NCBI GenBank assembly: GCA_026461395.1
Contig: JAPJNA010000046.1
Span: 1 to 62,744, forward strand
Reading direction: 5' to 3'
Length of the DNA stretch: 62,744 nt
Source: Chthoniobacterales bacterium
GTDB taxonomy: Bacteria > Verrucomicrobiota > Verrucomicrobiia > Chthoniobacterales > UBA6821
Shown here: positions 9,894 through 20,177 of the stretch, in pieces
Layout of the letters: every line of letters starts with the position of its first letter
How positions within the stretch are numbered: the stretch's first letter is position 1
Position numbers and translations under genes: made by a program
Notes under the pieces: model-generated
The model's input: only the letters and a program-made list of their open reading frames with translations
Told to the model about the DNA's origin: nothing
Databases searched by the model: none

Positions 9894-10268
9894 ATGGATA
9901 TGAACCCTAAACCTCAGCAAAAAGAACTTTGTAAACTGAACGAACTGGAAAATCCCCAGGACGATTCTCTTTGGAATCTTCTTTCAGCCGACGCGAAAGC
10001 CCATCCCATAGCCCCTTCCCCCTGGTTTGCGGCACGGACTGTTGCGCAAGCCAGAGCAATAACTCAAGGCCAGTGGAATACACGTGCGCTGCTTTTACGC
10101 TGGCTGATGCCCATTCCTCTTGCAGGACTGGCTCTTGTTGCCCTGCTATTCTCGCAGGGAGTGGGACTGCAAAACCTTAAGGACTTTGGAAAACTTGGAG
10201 CCGATTCCTATGTCTCTACGGACTCGGAATTTGAGCAGCATATGGAACTCCTCTGTTTCACAGAGTAA
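9894..10268 (+). CDS. Small single-TM hypothetical protein (anti-sigma-like architecture)
   Basis: DDSLWNLL...PSPWFAARTV followed by one TM helix. Confidence 0.6.
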   Translation: MDMNPKPQQKELCKLNELENPQDDSLWNLLSADAKAHPIAPSPWFAARTVAQARAITQGQWNTRALLLRWLMPIPLAGLALVALLFSQGVGLQNLKDFGKLGADSYVSTDSEFEQHMELLCFTE

Positions 10269-10277
10269 GAGTTCAGA

Positions 10278-10416
10278 GCGAAAGCTGAAAGCTGAAGACC
10301 GAGTCGAGGGACGAGAGTCGAGCGTCGAGAGTTGAGGGCCAGATGGGGGAAACCTCTCATCCATCCACTGAAAATAGCGAAAACTTCAGGTTTCAAGTAT
10401 CAGCTTTCATCCTTCC
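10278..10416. repeat. Composite heptamer arrays with inverted arms
   Basis: GCTGAAA/GCTGAAG arm, then GTCGAGA-like x5, then inverted arm CTTCAGG TTTCAAG TATCAGC TTTCATC. Confidence 0.75.
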
Positions 10417-10419
10417 GTG

Positions 10420-11025
10420 CTAGTCCCCCACGGTCACAGGGGTGTTCAGCCCTACTCTTGAGTAGATGATCTCAGCCATTTCCTTAGGTAGGCGGATGCA
10501 ACCGTGAGAGGCTGGGTATCCGGGCAGGATCCCTGCATGCATGCCTACACCCTGGGGGGTGAGGCGTAGAAAGAATTTCATCGGTGCACCGCTGAAGCGG
10601 GTGCCGCTAGGAGCGGCGTCGTGTTTACTGCTGACGCCTGAGCGGACTACCTGTCCCGAACCATTGACAAAGTTTCCATAGAGAGAGGAATAATGATTAA
10701 GATCCTTCTCGATCACGAAGAAGTTACCCTTCGGTGTCCAGCCGTTACGGCGACCCGAGGAGATAGGGGAATCAACAGCAACTTTCCCCCCCACGAGCAA
10801 ATAGACGCGCTGTTTAGAGAGAGAGACCACGATGGAAAGGGGCTGTGTTGAAGTCCTTTCGAGTAATGAGCTATTCACCTTGCCTGGCTCCTGAGTTGAG
10901 ATGAGTTCCGAGGCCGGCTTCATGGGGTTGATTTGAGGTTTCCTGGGCTCCGACGCCAAAAGGCCCGTGCATTGAATTCCCGGAATCACGATTCCTATAA
11001 AAAGAATCAATCGGAAGGCATTCAT
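10420..11025 (-). CDS. L,D-transpeptidase (YkuD family)
   Basis: SPISSG..TPKGNF and catalytic HAG...PASHGCIRL; signal peptide. Confidence 0.9.
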   Translation of the reverse strand: MNAFRLILFIGIVIPGIQCTGLLASEPRKPQINPMKPASELISTQEPGKVNSSLLERTSTQPLSIVVSLSKQRVYLLVGGKVAVDSPISSGRRNGWTPKGNFFVIEKDLNHYSSLYGNFVNGSGQVVRSGVSSKHDAAPSGTRFSGAPMKFFLRLTPQGVGMHAGILPGYPASHGCIRLPKEMAEIIYSRVGLNTPVTVGD

Positions 11026-11185
11026 GGATAACAGATTTGCAAAGAGCACGGGGTAGACATGGTGCGCTAATATAGTGGAAAGCTAGCATCAGGATGCTCT
11101 GCGCGCGATCTCTTCCTGTTCTATTGTCCAACCCTTGAGTGAAGCCAAATATTCGGGTTTAGTGGAGAGAGTACAGAAAAGAAGT

Positions 11186-12277
11186 ATGATCGAGCATCTC
11201 TACATCCACATTCCTTTCTGTCCGAACATTTGCCCCTACTGCGCATTTTACAAAGAATCAGCAGGACGGGAGCGTGTTGAAACCTTTCTCGATGCCCTGC
11301 TTGTGGAGACTGAGCAGTGGTCGTCTCAGTTGAAACCCAGGACTATTTTTTTTGGAGGCGGCACCCCCAGCGCTCTCTCGATCCCGCAGTTCGAAAAGCT
11401 CCTGGGAGGCCTCCGCGCGAGACTTGACCTGAGTCAGGTTGAGGAGTGGACCATCGAGATGAATCCGGCAACTGTGGCGACGGACAAAGCAGCTCTGCTC
11501 AAGGAGGCCGGGATCAATCGGATCAGCATGGGTGTCCAGTCCTGGGATGATGCAGTGCTGAAATCGCTTGGGCGAACGCACGATGCGGACAAAGCGGAGG
11601 ATTCATTTCATACACTCCGGAAAGCCGGTTTCGATAATCTTTCGATCGATCTCATTTTCGGGGTACCCGGACAATCCCTGGAATCATGGAGAGACTCGCT
11701 GGAGCGGAGCCTTCGTTTGGCCCCCGAACATCTCTCTGCCTATGGTCTTACCTACGAGGAGGATACCGAATTCTTTACTAAGCTGGGACGCGGGGAAATG
11801 GCTCCTGACGAGGGGTTGGAGGCCGATCAGTTCGAACTGACCGCGGAGCTGCTGGGCATCGCCGGATACGCACAATACGAGGTTTCCAATTACTCCCTCC
11901 CTCGACGGGAGTCACAGCACAATTCCGCTTACTGGAGAGGGTCGGACTATATTGGTCTAGGTCCGAGTGCTTTCTCTACCATGGGATCCAAGCGTTGGCG
12001 CAATATCCGGGAAACGGGAATCTACAGCGAGACCACCATGGCAGGTCGCACTGCCATTGATTTCGAAGAGGAAGTTTCCGAGCCAGTAAAGGCTGGAGAG
12101 AGGGCTGCCTTCGGGATGAGGACCAATGCAGGCTTACCATTTTCGGAATCTACACCGTGGGAACTAGAGCTCAGGCAGGCTGCCGGAGAGGGGCTAGTGA
12201 TATTCAAGGGAGACCGTTGGCTCCTTACGGCCAGAGGACGTCTTCTTGCCGACACAGTAGCGGAGATCTTTGTGTGA
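11186..12277 (+). CDS. hemW: Radical SAM heme chaperone HemW
   Basis: LYIHIPFCPNICPYC, FFGGGTPS, YEVSN, HNSAYW. Confidence 0.9.
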   Translation: MIEHLYIHIPFCPNICPYCAFYKESAGRERVETFLDALLVETEQWSSQLKPRTIFFGGGTPSALSIPQFEKLLGGLRARLDLSQVEEWTIEMNPATVATDKAALLKEAGINRISMGVQSWDDAVLKSLGRTHDADKAEDSFHTLRKAGFDNLSIDLIFGVPGQSLESWRDSLERSLRLAPEHLSAYGLTYEEDTEFFTKLGRGEMAPDEGLEADQFELTAELLGIAGYAQYEVSNYSLPRRESQHNSAYWRGSDYIGLGPSAFSTMGSKRWRNIRETGIYSETTMAGRTAIDFEEEVSEPVKAGERAAFGMRTNAGLPFSESTPWELELRQAAGEGLVIFKGDRWLLTARGRLLADTVAEIFV

Positions 12278-13377
12278 ACGCCTTCGATGTCATTATCATC
12301 GGTGCGGGGCCGGCTGGTAGCACCTGCGCGACGCTCTGTTCCGAGGCAGGCCAGCGAGTGCTCTTGCTGGAGGCTTCCCGCTTTCCAAGAGACAAGGTCT
12401 GCGGGGATTGCCTGAATCCCGCCGCATGGCCTGTTCTTGAGCGACTTGTTGTCGAGGAGCGCGTCCGCGCACTCACTTCGACCACACCGGAAAAGATCCG
12501 ATTTTCCGTTGCCGATGCCGGTTCTACGGAAATCCCCGTTCCTAAATCTCAGGGTAAGGGCAACACCTCTGAATTGGTAGTCAGGCGTCGCGATCTGGAT
12601 GAGCTGCTAGTTGAGCGTGCTATCGAGGCTGGCGTCCAGTTCCAAGACGGCTCACCCGTGACCGCATTGCGCAAGGTCTCAGGGCAATGGGAAGTCACCA
12701 CCTCCACGGGCGATTATCACCTTGGTAAGCGAATCGTCGCGGCCGATGGCCGGAACTCCGTGACAGCCCGCTATCTCGGCATGCACACCTCAAGACGACG
12801 CAAGGGAAGGATCGGCCTCCAGGTTCATATCCCCCACCCCACGGGTTATGACAGTGCTTTGGAGATGAGGATCTATCGACATGGCTACGGCGGCCTGGCG
12901 GACCTTGGAAACGGCCTGGCAAATCTGTGTCTGGTAGCCAACGACGGAGAGATGAAGGAACTGCGCAAGGAGGCCGAGATTCATTACGGACTTACTTCTG
13001 CCTGCGCCTGGCGGAGCATTACCCCAATTTCGAGAGCAAGTGCGCCCCATGTGGCCCGTGAGGGTGTCTTCCTCTGCGGTGATGCAGCGCGTGTCGTGGA
13101 ACCCTTTACCGGCGAAGGGATCTCTTTTGCCCTGAGAAGTGGCGCCCTTCTTGCCGACATCCTGAACACGGGAAAATCGGACTGCACTAAGGTTCAGGCA
13201 AGTCAGGAAGAACTCTATCGGAGAGGACATCGGGATCTTTATAGGAGCGGACTTCTCGTGAACCGCTTGACCTGCCTTCTTTCCGAGCACCCAAAGATTG
13301 CCCATGCACTGAGTCCATTCCTTCTGAAACACCCCAATCTCCTTACTTTCCTCACAAGCAAGGTGATCAGTATATAA
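12274..13377 (+). CDS. FAD-dependent oxidoreductase (geranylgeranyl reductase-like)
   Basis: IIGAGPAG, FPRDKVCG, AADG, GDAARVVEPFTGEGI; GTG start overlaps the hemW stop. Confidence 0.85.
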   Translation: MNAFDVIIIGAGPAGSTCATLCSEAGQRVLLLEASRFPRDKVCGDCLNPAAWPVLERLVVEERVRALTSTTPEKIRFSVADAGSTEIPVPKSQGKGNTSELVVRRRDLDELLVERAIEAGVQFQDGSPVTALRKVSGQWEVTTSTGDYHLGKRIVAADGRNSVTARYLGMHTSRRRKGRIGLQVHIPHPTGYDSALEMRIYRHGYGGLADLGNGLANLCLVANDGEMKELRKEAEIHYGLTSACAWRSITPISRASAPHVAREGVFLCGDAARVVEPFTGEGISFALRSGALLADILNTGKSDCTKVQASQEELYRRGHRDLYRSGLLVNRLTCLLSEHPKIAHALSPFLLKHPNLLTFLTSKVISI

Positions 13378-13459
13378 TATAATGAATTACTTTGTTTTTG
13401 ATTTCGTAGTTGAAGTTAGGTCGACTTTGGCCTTTTGATCACAAAGCACTCACTCATCC

Positions 13460-14998
13460 ATGTCCGTAGAAATCCTCTCTCGCATCCAGTTCGCCCTTAC
13501 CGTCTCCTTCCATTTCCTCTACCCGCCAATGACGATCGGCTTGGGGATGCTCTTGGTGATCATGGAGGGACTCTACCTCAAGACAAAGAATCCCCTCTTC
13601 CATCAGATGGCCCATTTCTGGACGCGGATCTTCGGACTGATCTTCGCCATCGGCGTTGCCACAGGGATCGTCATGGAGTTTGAGTTCGGGACGAACTGGG
13701 CTGCCTACTCCCGCTTTGTCGGTGACATCTTCGGGAGTGCCCTTGCCGCAGAGGGCATCTTTGCCTTCTTCCTCGAGTCTGGATTCCTAGCTTTGCTTCT
13801 CTTTGGTTGGGACAAAGTCGGCCCCAAGATGCACTTCTTCGCCACATGCATGGTGTGCCTTGGATCGCATTTCAGCGCCATCTGGATCCTGATCGCCAAT
13901 TCCTGGATGCAGACACCTGCAGGATTCCATCTGGAAAAAATCACTGGCTTAGTCCACACCCGCCTTCCCGAGGGTTACATCGTCCAGGCATCCGACATGG
14001 GTCATGTACGCGCCGTGGTGGATAACTTCTGGGCCATGATTGCTAATCCCTCATCCCTAAACCGGATCTGTCACGTGGTCTTCGGTGCGTGGCTTGTGGG
14101 TGCTTTCCTTGTCATGAGTATCTGTGCTTGGTACCTGCTCAAGGGACGCTTCACGGCCTTCGCCCGCAAATCAATGACCATAGCGGCCTGCTTTGCCGCC
14201 TTCACCACAATCCTTCAATCGATCAGTGCAGATGCCACCGCTCGTGGCGTGGTTCGTACCCAACCAATCAAGCTGGCCTCGATGGAAGGAGTCTACCAGA
14301 CACACGATTACACCCCGATGACTCTCTTTGGTTATGTCGACACCAAGAACCAGACTGTCCACGGCCCGCAGATCCCGGCACTCCTGAGCTTCCTCTGCTT
14401 TCATAATTTCAAGCAACCGGTGCAGGGACTCCTCTCCATGCCAAGCGACGAGTTCCTGGCAGCGCGTCATCCAGGCCTCTCCAAGGAAAAGCTCGCCGAG
14501 ATCAGGCCGAATTACTGGCCCGTCGTCGGGGCTGTCTTTCAGACCTATCATCTCATGATCGGCCTTGGATCGGCAGTCTTTGGTCTCTCCTTCCTGGCTC
14601 TCACACTTCTCTGGAAAGGCTGGCTCTTCAGGGCGGATAATCCACTCATCCGGGCTCTTCTCTGGATCTATGTCTTCGCAGTGGCAGCCCCCCAGATCTG
14701 CATGCAGTCCGGTTGGTTCACCGCCGAGATGGGTCGCCAGCCTTGGATCGTCTACAACATGCTCAAGACCTCTGACGGTCTTTCCAGAGCAGTGCATGCA
14801 AATCAGGTGCTTTTCTCGATCATCCTTTTTGCCCTGATCTACATTCTTCTTTTCGTCACTTTCATCTATTTGCTGAACCGCAAGATCCAGCATGGTCCGG
14901 ATGAGGATCAGGATCATTACACCAAGGCTCCAGGCGTGAACGACCCCATAGCCACCGCCCTCTTCACCAAGAAGGGGCGTGCTTCCAGTCAGGAGTAA
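13460..14998 (+). CDS. cydA: Cytochrome bd ubiquinol oxidase subunit I
   Basis: [39 protein letters not shown]. Confidence 0.97.
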   Translation: MSVEILSRIQFALTVSFHFLYPPMTIGLGMLLVIMEGLYLKTKNPLFHQMAHFWTRIFGLIFAIGVATGIVMEFEFGTNWAAYSRFVGDIFGSALAAEGIFAFFLESGFLALLLFGWDKVGPKMHFFATCMVCLGSHFSAIWILIANSWMQTPAGFHLEKITGLVHTRLPEGYIVQASDMGHVRAVVDNFWAMIANPSSLNRICHVVFGAWLVGAFLVMSICAWYLLKGRFTAFARKSMTIAACFAAFTTILQSISADATARGVVRTQPIKLASMEGVYQTHDYTPMTLFGYVDTKNQTVHGPQIPALLSFLCFHNFKQPVQGLLSMPSDEFLAARHPGLSKEKLAEIRPNYWPVVGAVFQTYHLMIGLGSAVFGLSFLALTLLWKGWLFRADNPLIRALLWIYVFAVAAPQICMQSGWFTAEMGRQPWIVYNMLKTSDGLSRAVHANQVLFSIILFALIYILLFVTFIYLLNRKIQHGPDEDQDHYTKAPGVNDPIATALFTKKGRASSQE

Positions 14999-15023
14999 TT
15001 CATAACCCTCCCTTCCACTGGCC

Positions 15024-16061
15024 ATGCACCAACTCTTTCATTTCCTGAATCTGAACATCATCTGGTTCATCCTCGTTGGCATCCTTTTCACGGGATACGC
15101 CATCTTGGATGGGTTCGACTTCGGCGTCGGAATCCTCCATCTCTTTGTGAAGAAGGACGAGGATCGCCGCATCCTGCTGAATTCGATTGGTCCCGTCTGG
15201 GATGGAAACGAAGTCTGGCTTGTCACCGGCGGAGGAGCTCTCTTTGCCGCCTTCCCGGGAGCCTACGCGACGGTCTTCTCAGGATTCTACGATGCCTTCA
15301 TGCTCCTGCTGGCCGCCCTGATCTTCCGAGCCGTGGCGATTGAGTTCCGCAGTAAGGAACCGGGTAAAGCCTGGAGGAGATCCTGGGATATCGCCTTCAG
15401 TGTCGCCAGTTTCCTAGCCGCGCTTCTGATCGGCGTCGCGATGGGCAATATCACCCGCGGCATCCCCCTCGACAGTCAGGGTGATTTCACCGGCACGTTC
15501 CTAGGACTCCTCAACCCCTACTCCCTCTTGCTGGGAGTCATGGTGGTCGCCCTCTTTGCGATGCACGGAGCCATCTTCCTTGTGCTGAAGACCGAAGGGG
15601 AACTCCAAGCCACGATCAAGAGCTGGGTGCCGCGGCTCATCGCCATCTTCCTTCTTTTGTTCCTAGCCTTCAATATCGCCACCTTCTTTGAGTGTCCTGA
15701 TCTTGTAGCCGTCATGCTGACCCGTCCCTACGGCTTCATCATCTTGGGATTGGATATCGTGGCTGCTATTTCCATCGGTTTGATGACCGCCAAGGGATAC
15801 GAGTTTGGTTCCTTCCTCATGTCAGCACTCACCATGGTCCTGCTCATGGCCGTGCTTGGTATCTCCTATTTCCCTCACATCGTCATGTCCATGCCTAACC
15901 CGGGCAACAGCCTGACGATCTATAACTGCGCCTCATCGCACAAGACGCTCGCCTACATGTTTATCATCGCCGTCATCGGCGTCCCGATCGTCCTGGCTTA
16001 CACTGTCAGCATCTACTGGATCTTCCGTGGCAAGACCCGACTGGGACATGTCGGCTATTGA
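15024..16061 (+). CDS. cydB: Cytochrome bd ubiquinol oxidase subunit II
   Basis: LDGFDFGVG, GPVWDGNEVWL; directly follows cydA. Confidence 0.97.
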   Translation: MHQLFHFLNLNIIWFILVGILFTGYAILDGFDFGVGILHLFVKKDEDRRILLNSIGPVWDGNEVWLVTGGGALFAAFPGAYATVFSGFYDAFMLLLAALIFRAVAIEFRSKEPGKAWRRSWDIAFSVASFLAALLIGVAMGNITRGIPLDSQGDFTGTFLGLLNPYSLLLGVMVVALFAMHGAIFLVLKTEGELQATIKSWVPRLIAIFLLLFLAFNIATFFECPDLVAVMLTRPYGFIILGLDIVAAISIGLMTAKGYEFGSFLMSALTMVLLMAVLGISYFPHIVMSMPNPGNSLTIYNCASSHKTLAYMFIIAVIGVPIVLAYTVSIYWIFRGKTRLGHVGY

Positions 16062-16150
16062 AGTGAAAGGTGCAAAAGTGAGAAGGTGGAAAGTTATGAT
16101 TCCCTGACAGGAGCTCAACCTTTTTACTTTCTTACATTTTACCATTTTCC
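16062..16150. repeat. Paired inverted short-period (about 8-nt) arrays
   Basis: GTGAAAG GTGCAAAA GTGAGAAG GTGGAAAG ... CTTTTTAC TTTCTTAC ATTTTACC. Confidence 0.55.
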
Positions 16151-16152
16151 TC

Positions 16153-16225
16153 GGCGGTGTAGTCCAATGGCAGAGACAAGCGACTTAAAATCGCTCCAGT
16201 GTGGGTTCGAGTCCCACCACCGCTA
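16153..16225 (+). tRNA. tRNA-Leu (TAA), short variable loop, CCA not encoded
   Basis: Acceptor GGCGGTG/CACCGCT, anticodon arm AGCGA-CTTAAAA-TCGCT, T-arm GTGGG-TTCGAGT-CCCAC, discriminator A. Confidence 0.92.
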
Positions 16226-16334
16226 GGTTGTTTTTTACTCTCCGATTTTAGCGTGAGTGCTAACGGGCCGAATTATCTTGTACGATATTTGCCTTCGTAT
16301 ACTGGGTAAGAGTAGTACACTCTAAGGAGTGCTT

Positions 16335-17201
16335 ATGAAAACGCCTTCAAAAGCTTCCCCCCCCTCTCGGAAGGAGCGTATTGCGATCGTCGATAGCCAG
16401 GCTTCCAGCAGGATTGGACTTTCCCATTTCATCAAGAAGATCGGCCTCTGGGAGATAGCCTGGGCTAGCGCGACAGCAGAAGAGGCATTGACGAAGATCG
16501 CCGAGAATGAACCAGATCTCATGATTCTGGAAATCCAGCTTCCCGGCAAAGATGGACTCGAACTTATCAAGCACCTGATGCCTCTTTATCCCCAGCTGAA
16601 GATTCTTGTGCATTCATCCCACAGTGAGGAGTTCTATGCGGAGCGCTGCCTTCGGGCGGGGGCCATGGGCTACATGAATAAGATGGATCCCATGGGGAAT
16701 TTTGAGAATGCCGTGAAGAAGGTGCTCCGCGGAGAACTCTATCTTAATTCCCGCCTGGCATCTCACGCCCTTCACTCACTGGTCCGGCATGCGGAAACAA
16801 TGAAGGGGAACGATCATAACCTTCATAATCTCACTGACCGGGAACTTGAGGTCATGATCCTCATGGCCCAAGGTCAATCCTGTCAGGACAGTGGGGAAAA
16901 ACTGCACATCAGTCCTAGGACAGTTCAGGTGCACCGTAACAACATCAGGTTGAAGATCGGCTTGGAGAGCGCCCTGCAACTCCATGCATACGCCGTGCGT
17001 TTTTATGGAGAGGATTCCCTTTCTCAAATTCAAGACGCAGGGTCAGAACGGCCGACGCAGGAGATGGCAACTGCAACTGCCGATTTTGTCCCCAAGGACC
17101 ACTCGAAGGGAAATGGGAACGCCCCTGTGAAACTTAAGAACGATTCAGGTAAGACTGCTACTCGTCGTGATGTCAAAAGCCTCCCCTCGCAATTGAACTG
17201 A
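16335..17201 (+). CDS. NarL/LuxR-family response regulator (atypical receiver)
   Basis: Receiver-like N-terminus plus LTDRELEV...LHISPRTVQVHR HTH; SD AAGGAG upstream. Confidence 0.9.
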   Translation: MKTPSKASPPSRKERIAIVDSQASSRIGLSHFIKKIGLWEIAWASATAEEALTKIAENEPDLMILEIQLPGKDGLELIKHLMPLYPQLKILVHSSHSEEFYAERCLRAGAMGYMNKMDPMGNFENAVKKVLRGELYLNSRLASHALHSLVRHAETMKGNDHNLHNLTDRELEVMILMAQGQSCQDSGEKLHISPRTVQVHRNNIRLKIGLESALQLHAYAVRFYGEDSLSQIQDAGSERPTQEMATATADFVPKDHSKGNGNAPVKLKNDSGKTATRRDVKSLPSQLN

Positions 17202-17307
17202 CGGGACGCTGATGCCGAAGCGGAAGGCGTCTAAGCATTTTACTTAGTAAGATCTAAGCATTACAGCAGCTTTCGGCGCTGTGGGATCTGATGCAGGATG
17301 GCAAGCG

Positions 17308-17907
17308 ATGAATCATCCCTCCTCCTCAAATGCCCTATCACTCCGGAAGATCCGGCGACTACGGAATCATCATCTATCACCGGAATCCCCGCTGAATCAT
17401 CAAAGCCCGTCATCCGAAGAGCCTCTCTATCCCAAGGGATACGAAATCAGGATCATCTGCATCTATCCGTCGGTCGACGCCGGGAAACTAGGCAAGAAAT
17501 GGATCGAGATGGCTTTCCGAGAGATGGCCCCATTCTCCAGTACGAGCGTCGAGTATTTCAACTTCGCAGTCCTCAACCACGATGGGATCTGTTGGGAGCA
17601 CATCGTGGAGCGAATCATGCCTGACATCATCCTCATGGTAAGCGACGGGAATCACATGCTCAGCTCCGGCCTGAGGCACTCCCTAAGCGAACTGCTCTCT
17701 TTCCAGAATGGACGGAGAAAACCGATGGTCATCTTCCGGGATCTTGAGCCCCTCCCCACACTCAATACCCGCACTATTCTCGACTATGTCTCCGTGCTCA
17801 GTGATAGGAATCACTGTGAGTTCAATGCCGTGAACGGGGACGGCGATTCCATCAGCTGCTTCCGTCACCCAAGACTTCTTCTCAAGGGGCGGAAGCGCGC
17901 TGAATAA
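17308..17907 (+). CDS. Hypothetical protein
   Basis: ORF ends 7 nt before the epimerase start; no motif recognised. Confidence 0.6.
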   Translation: MNHPSSSNALSLRKIRRLRNHHLSPESPLNHQSPSSEEPLYPKGYEIRIICIYPSVDAGKLGKKWIEMAFREMAPFSSTSVEYFNFAVLNHDGICWEHIVERIMPDIILMVSDGNHMLSSGLRHSLSELLSFQNGRRKPMVIFRDLEPLPTLNTRTILDYVSVLSDRNHCEFNAVNGDGDSISCFRHPRLLLKGRKRAE

Positions 17908-17914
17908 CCACACC

Positions 17915-18904
17915 ATGCATATCCTCATCACGGGCGGCGCTGGATTTATTGGATCGCATCTTGCGGAACACCACCTGGCTAAGGGAGATTCCGTCACAGC
18001 CGTTGATGACCTTAGCACGGGTAGCTTAGAGGTTTTTTCAGGCTTCGACCGCTCGCGTCTTTTCTTCGAGACTGCGGATATCCTGACATGGCAGGGACTG
18101 GAGTCGGCCGTTGCCAAGGCCGACCGCATCTACCACATGGCGGCGGTGGTGGGGATGTTCCGCGTTCTCAAGGAACCGATTGAAGTCACTCGGGTGAATG
18201 TCCTCGGCACGGAGCGCCTTCTCGAGTCTGTTTCCAAAAGGGATCACCTTCCCGAATTGGTCGTGACCTCCAGTTCTTCGGTCTATGGGCATACCGCTTC
18301 AGAGGAGCTTATTGAGGGGATCGATCTCGTCTACGCGCCTGAGAAGGGAGGACTCACCGCCTATGCCCTCAGCAAACTGACGAACGAAGTCCAGGCGATG
18401 GCCTACCGCCAGATCCATAGTCTGCCGGTTTCCATTCCCCGCCTCTTCAATGCCGTCGGCCCCAGACAGTCTGGCAACTACGGATTTGTCCTTCCCCGAT
18501 TCATCAAACAGGCCCTCTCGGGGTTACCCCTCACCGTCTATGGTGACGGCACCCAGACGCGCTCCTTCTGCGATGTTCGTGACACGGTCGCTGCTCTCGA
18601 CATGCTTGTCGGGGAACCTGAGTCATGGGGAATTCCCGTCAATGTCGGCAATCCCAGGGAGATTACGATCCTTGATCTTGCCAGAATGGTGATCGAGCGC
18701 TCCGGTAGCAACTCATCGATCGAATTCATTCCCTTCGAGCAAGGATACGGTTCCCAGTTCTGGCAGATCACACAGAGACGACCCTCCGTCGAGCTTCTGC
18801 AAAGACTCACTCCATTCCAGCATGTCTGGACACTTGAAAAAACAATCGATGACTTGATCACCCGAAACCGGGTCAACGTGGTCCCCGACGGCAGACTTCT
18901 ATGA
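17915..18904 (+). CDS. NAD-dependent nucleotide-sugar epimerase/dehydratase
   Basis: ITGGAGFIGSH, YALSK, RLFNAVGPRQ, GDGTQTRSF. Confidence 0.92.
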   Translation: MHILITGGAGFIGSHLAEHHLAKGDSVTAVDDLSTGSLEVFSGFDRSRLFFETADILTWQGLESAVAKADRIYHMAAVVGMFRVLKEPIEVTRVNVLGTERLLESVSKRDHLPELVVTSSSSVYGHTASEELIEGIDLVYAPEKGGLTAYALSKLTNEVQAMAYRQIHSLPVSIPRLFNAVGPRQSGNYGFVLPRFIKQALSGLPLTVYGDGTQTRSFCDVRDTVAALDMLVGEPESWGIPVNVGNPREITILDLARMVIERSGSNSSIEFIPFEQGYGSQFWQITQRRPSVELLQRLTPFQHVWTLEKTIDDLITRNRVNVVPDGRLL

Positions 18905-20175
18905 TAACGACACGCCCATTCCGTATTCCATCTATTCACCTTTTATTCGCTCTTCTCCTGCTCATAACACTGCCTGCGGGGCTGCGTGGCGAAGGTAACA
19001 CTCCGCTCTGGAGTGTCGGAGAGACCCTCCCCATGGAGGACGAGTACCCGAATGCGAATTTAAGCAACTACCAACAGGGACAACTGGCCGAGGGACAGCA
19101 GCAGATTCTCCAGGCCCGCGAAGATTACCGTAAGGCGCTTGCAAGCAATCCCGAACAGAAGGACCTCCGAGAACACTATGCCTGGTTCCTCTATGCCAAC
19201 GGCTACCACGATAAGGAATGCCTTCACCTGCTCGAGCAGTCACTTCCCGATGCCGCCGATCCGACCAGGATCTTCAATGCCATCGTCGAAGTGAGGAACG
19301 AACTCCGCCTGCCCGCCACCCCGCTCAGAACGCCTCCGGGTGTACTCCAGAAAAAAACTGTGGCACCACATCATACTGTGATTGCCAAGGCCTCCACCGG
19401 TAAATCCTTGAAGAAGGTCGAGAAGGAGGAGATCGAAACAGTCGAGAGTTTCCGCCACTGGATCTTCATCCCTTACTACGATTACAGCTTCTTCAACGAC
19501 GGTCGTCAGGGCTGGCAGGAAGAGGACGCAACCCTCATCTATCGTGTCAACCAGCGCCTGGCACTCGGAGCCGAGATCGACATCATGCAGCGCCCCCCCT
19601 CGGGAACGAACACCTACTATAGCGCTCTCGCCTCCTACTACCTCTGGAAATGGCTCGAGGTTCACGGAAAGATTTCCATCTGTCCCGATCCAACCTTCCT
19701 TGCACTGCAGGTCTACACCGGAGGATTCATCTACCAGGCCGCTCCACGCCTCGGACTCCTGCTCGACTACCAGCGTTACAACTTTATCCAGGGACCCCTC
19801 GACCAGATCAATCCTGGCATAGCGTATAACTTCACGGACACAACCTCACTGGTGTTGCGTTATGTCCGCGGATGGGCCTTCAACAATCTCGAGTACAACT
19901 ACTACTCGGCAGCTCTGAATCTTGGTCTTCCCGGTAACCGTAGGCTCTCGATGGCTTTTGCCTATGGCACGGATCCTGATGCCCAAGTCGGGGCGAACGG
20001 CAACAATGTCAGCAGTCTGAGTCCCGCCTACACCTATTCCCTCTTCTTCACCCAGCCTATCACGCGCGATCTGAGTCTCTTCACCGGCGTGCAGTACATC
20101 TACCGCCTCACCCAGAACAACTCCCCACTCTACCAGCAACTCACTCCGACCCTGGGCCTTTCGATGAAATTCTAA
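18901..20175 (+). CDS. YaiO-family outer-membrane beta-barrel protein with N-terminal TPR-like helices
   Basis: Signal peptide, helical N-terminal part, aromatic alternating beta-strands, C-terminal Phe. Confidence 0.7.
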   Translation: MITTRPFRIPSIHLLFALLLLITLPAGLRGEGNTPLWSVGETLPMEDEYPNANLSNYQQGQLAEGQQQILQAREDYRKALASNPEQKDLREHYAWFLYANGYHDKECLHLLEQSLPDAADPTRIFNAIVEVRNELRLPATPLRTPPGVLQKKTVAPHHTVIAKASTGKSLKKVEKEEIETVESFRHWIFIPYYDYSFFNDGRQGWQEEDATLIYRVNQRLALGAEIDIMQRPPSGTNTYYSALASYYLWKWLEVHGKISICPDPTFLALQVYTGGFIYQAAPRLGLLLDYQRYNFIQGPLDQINPGIAYNFTDTTSLVLRYVRGWAFNNLEYNYYSAALNLGLPGNRRLSMAFAYGTDPDAQVGANGNNVSSLSPAYTYSLFFTQPITRDLSLFTGVQYIYRLTQNNSPLYQQLTPTLGLSMKF

Positions 20176-20177
20176 TC

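Noticed and set aside
14171-15025. 284-aa antisense ORF
   Set aside because: Shadow of cydA.
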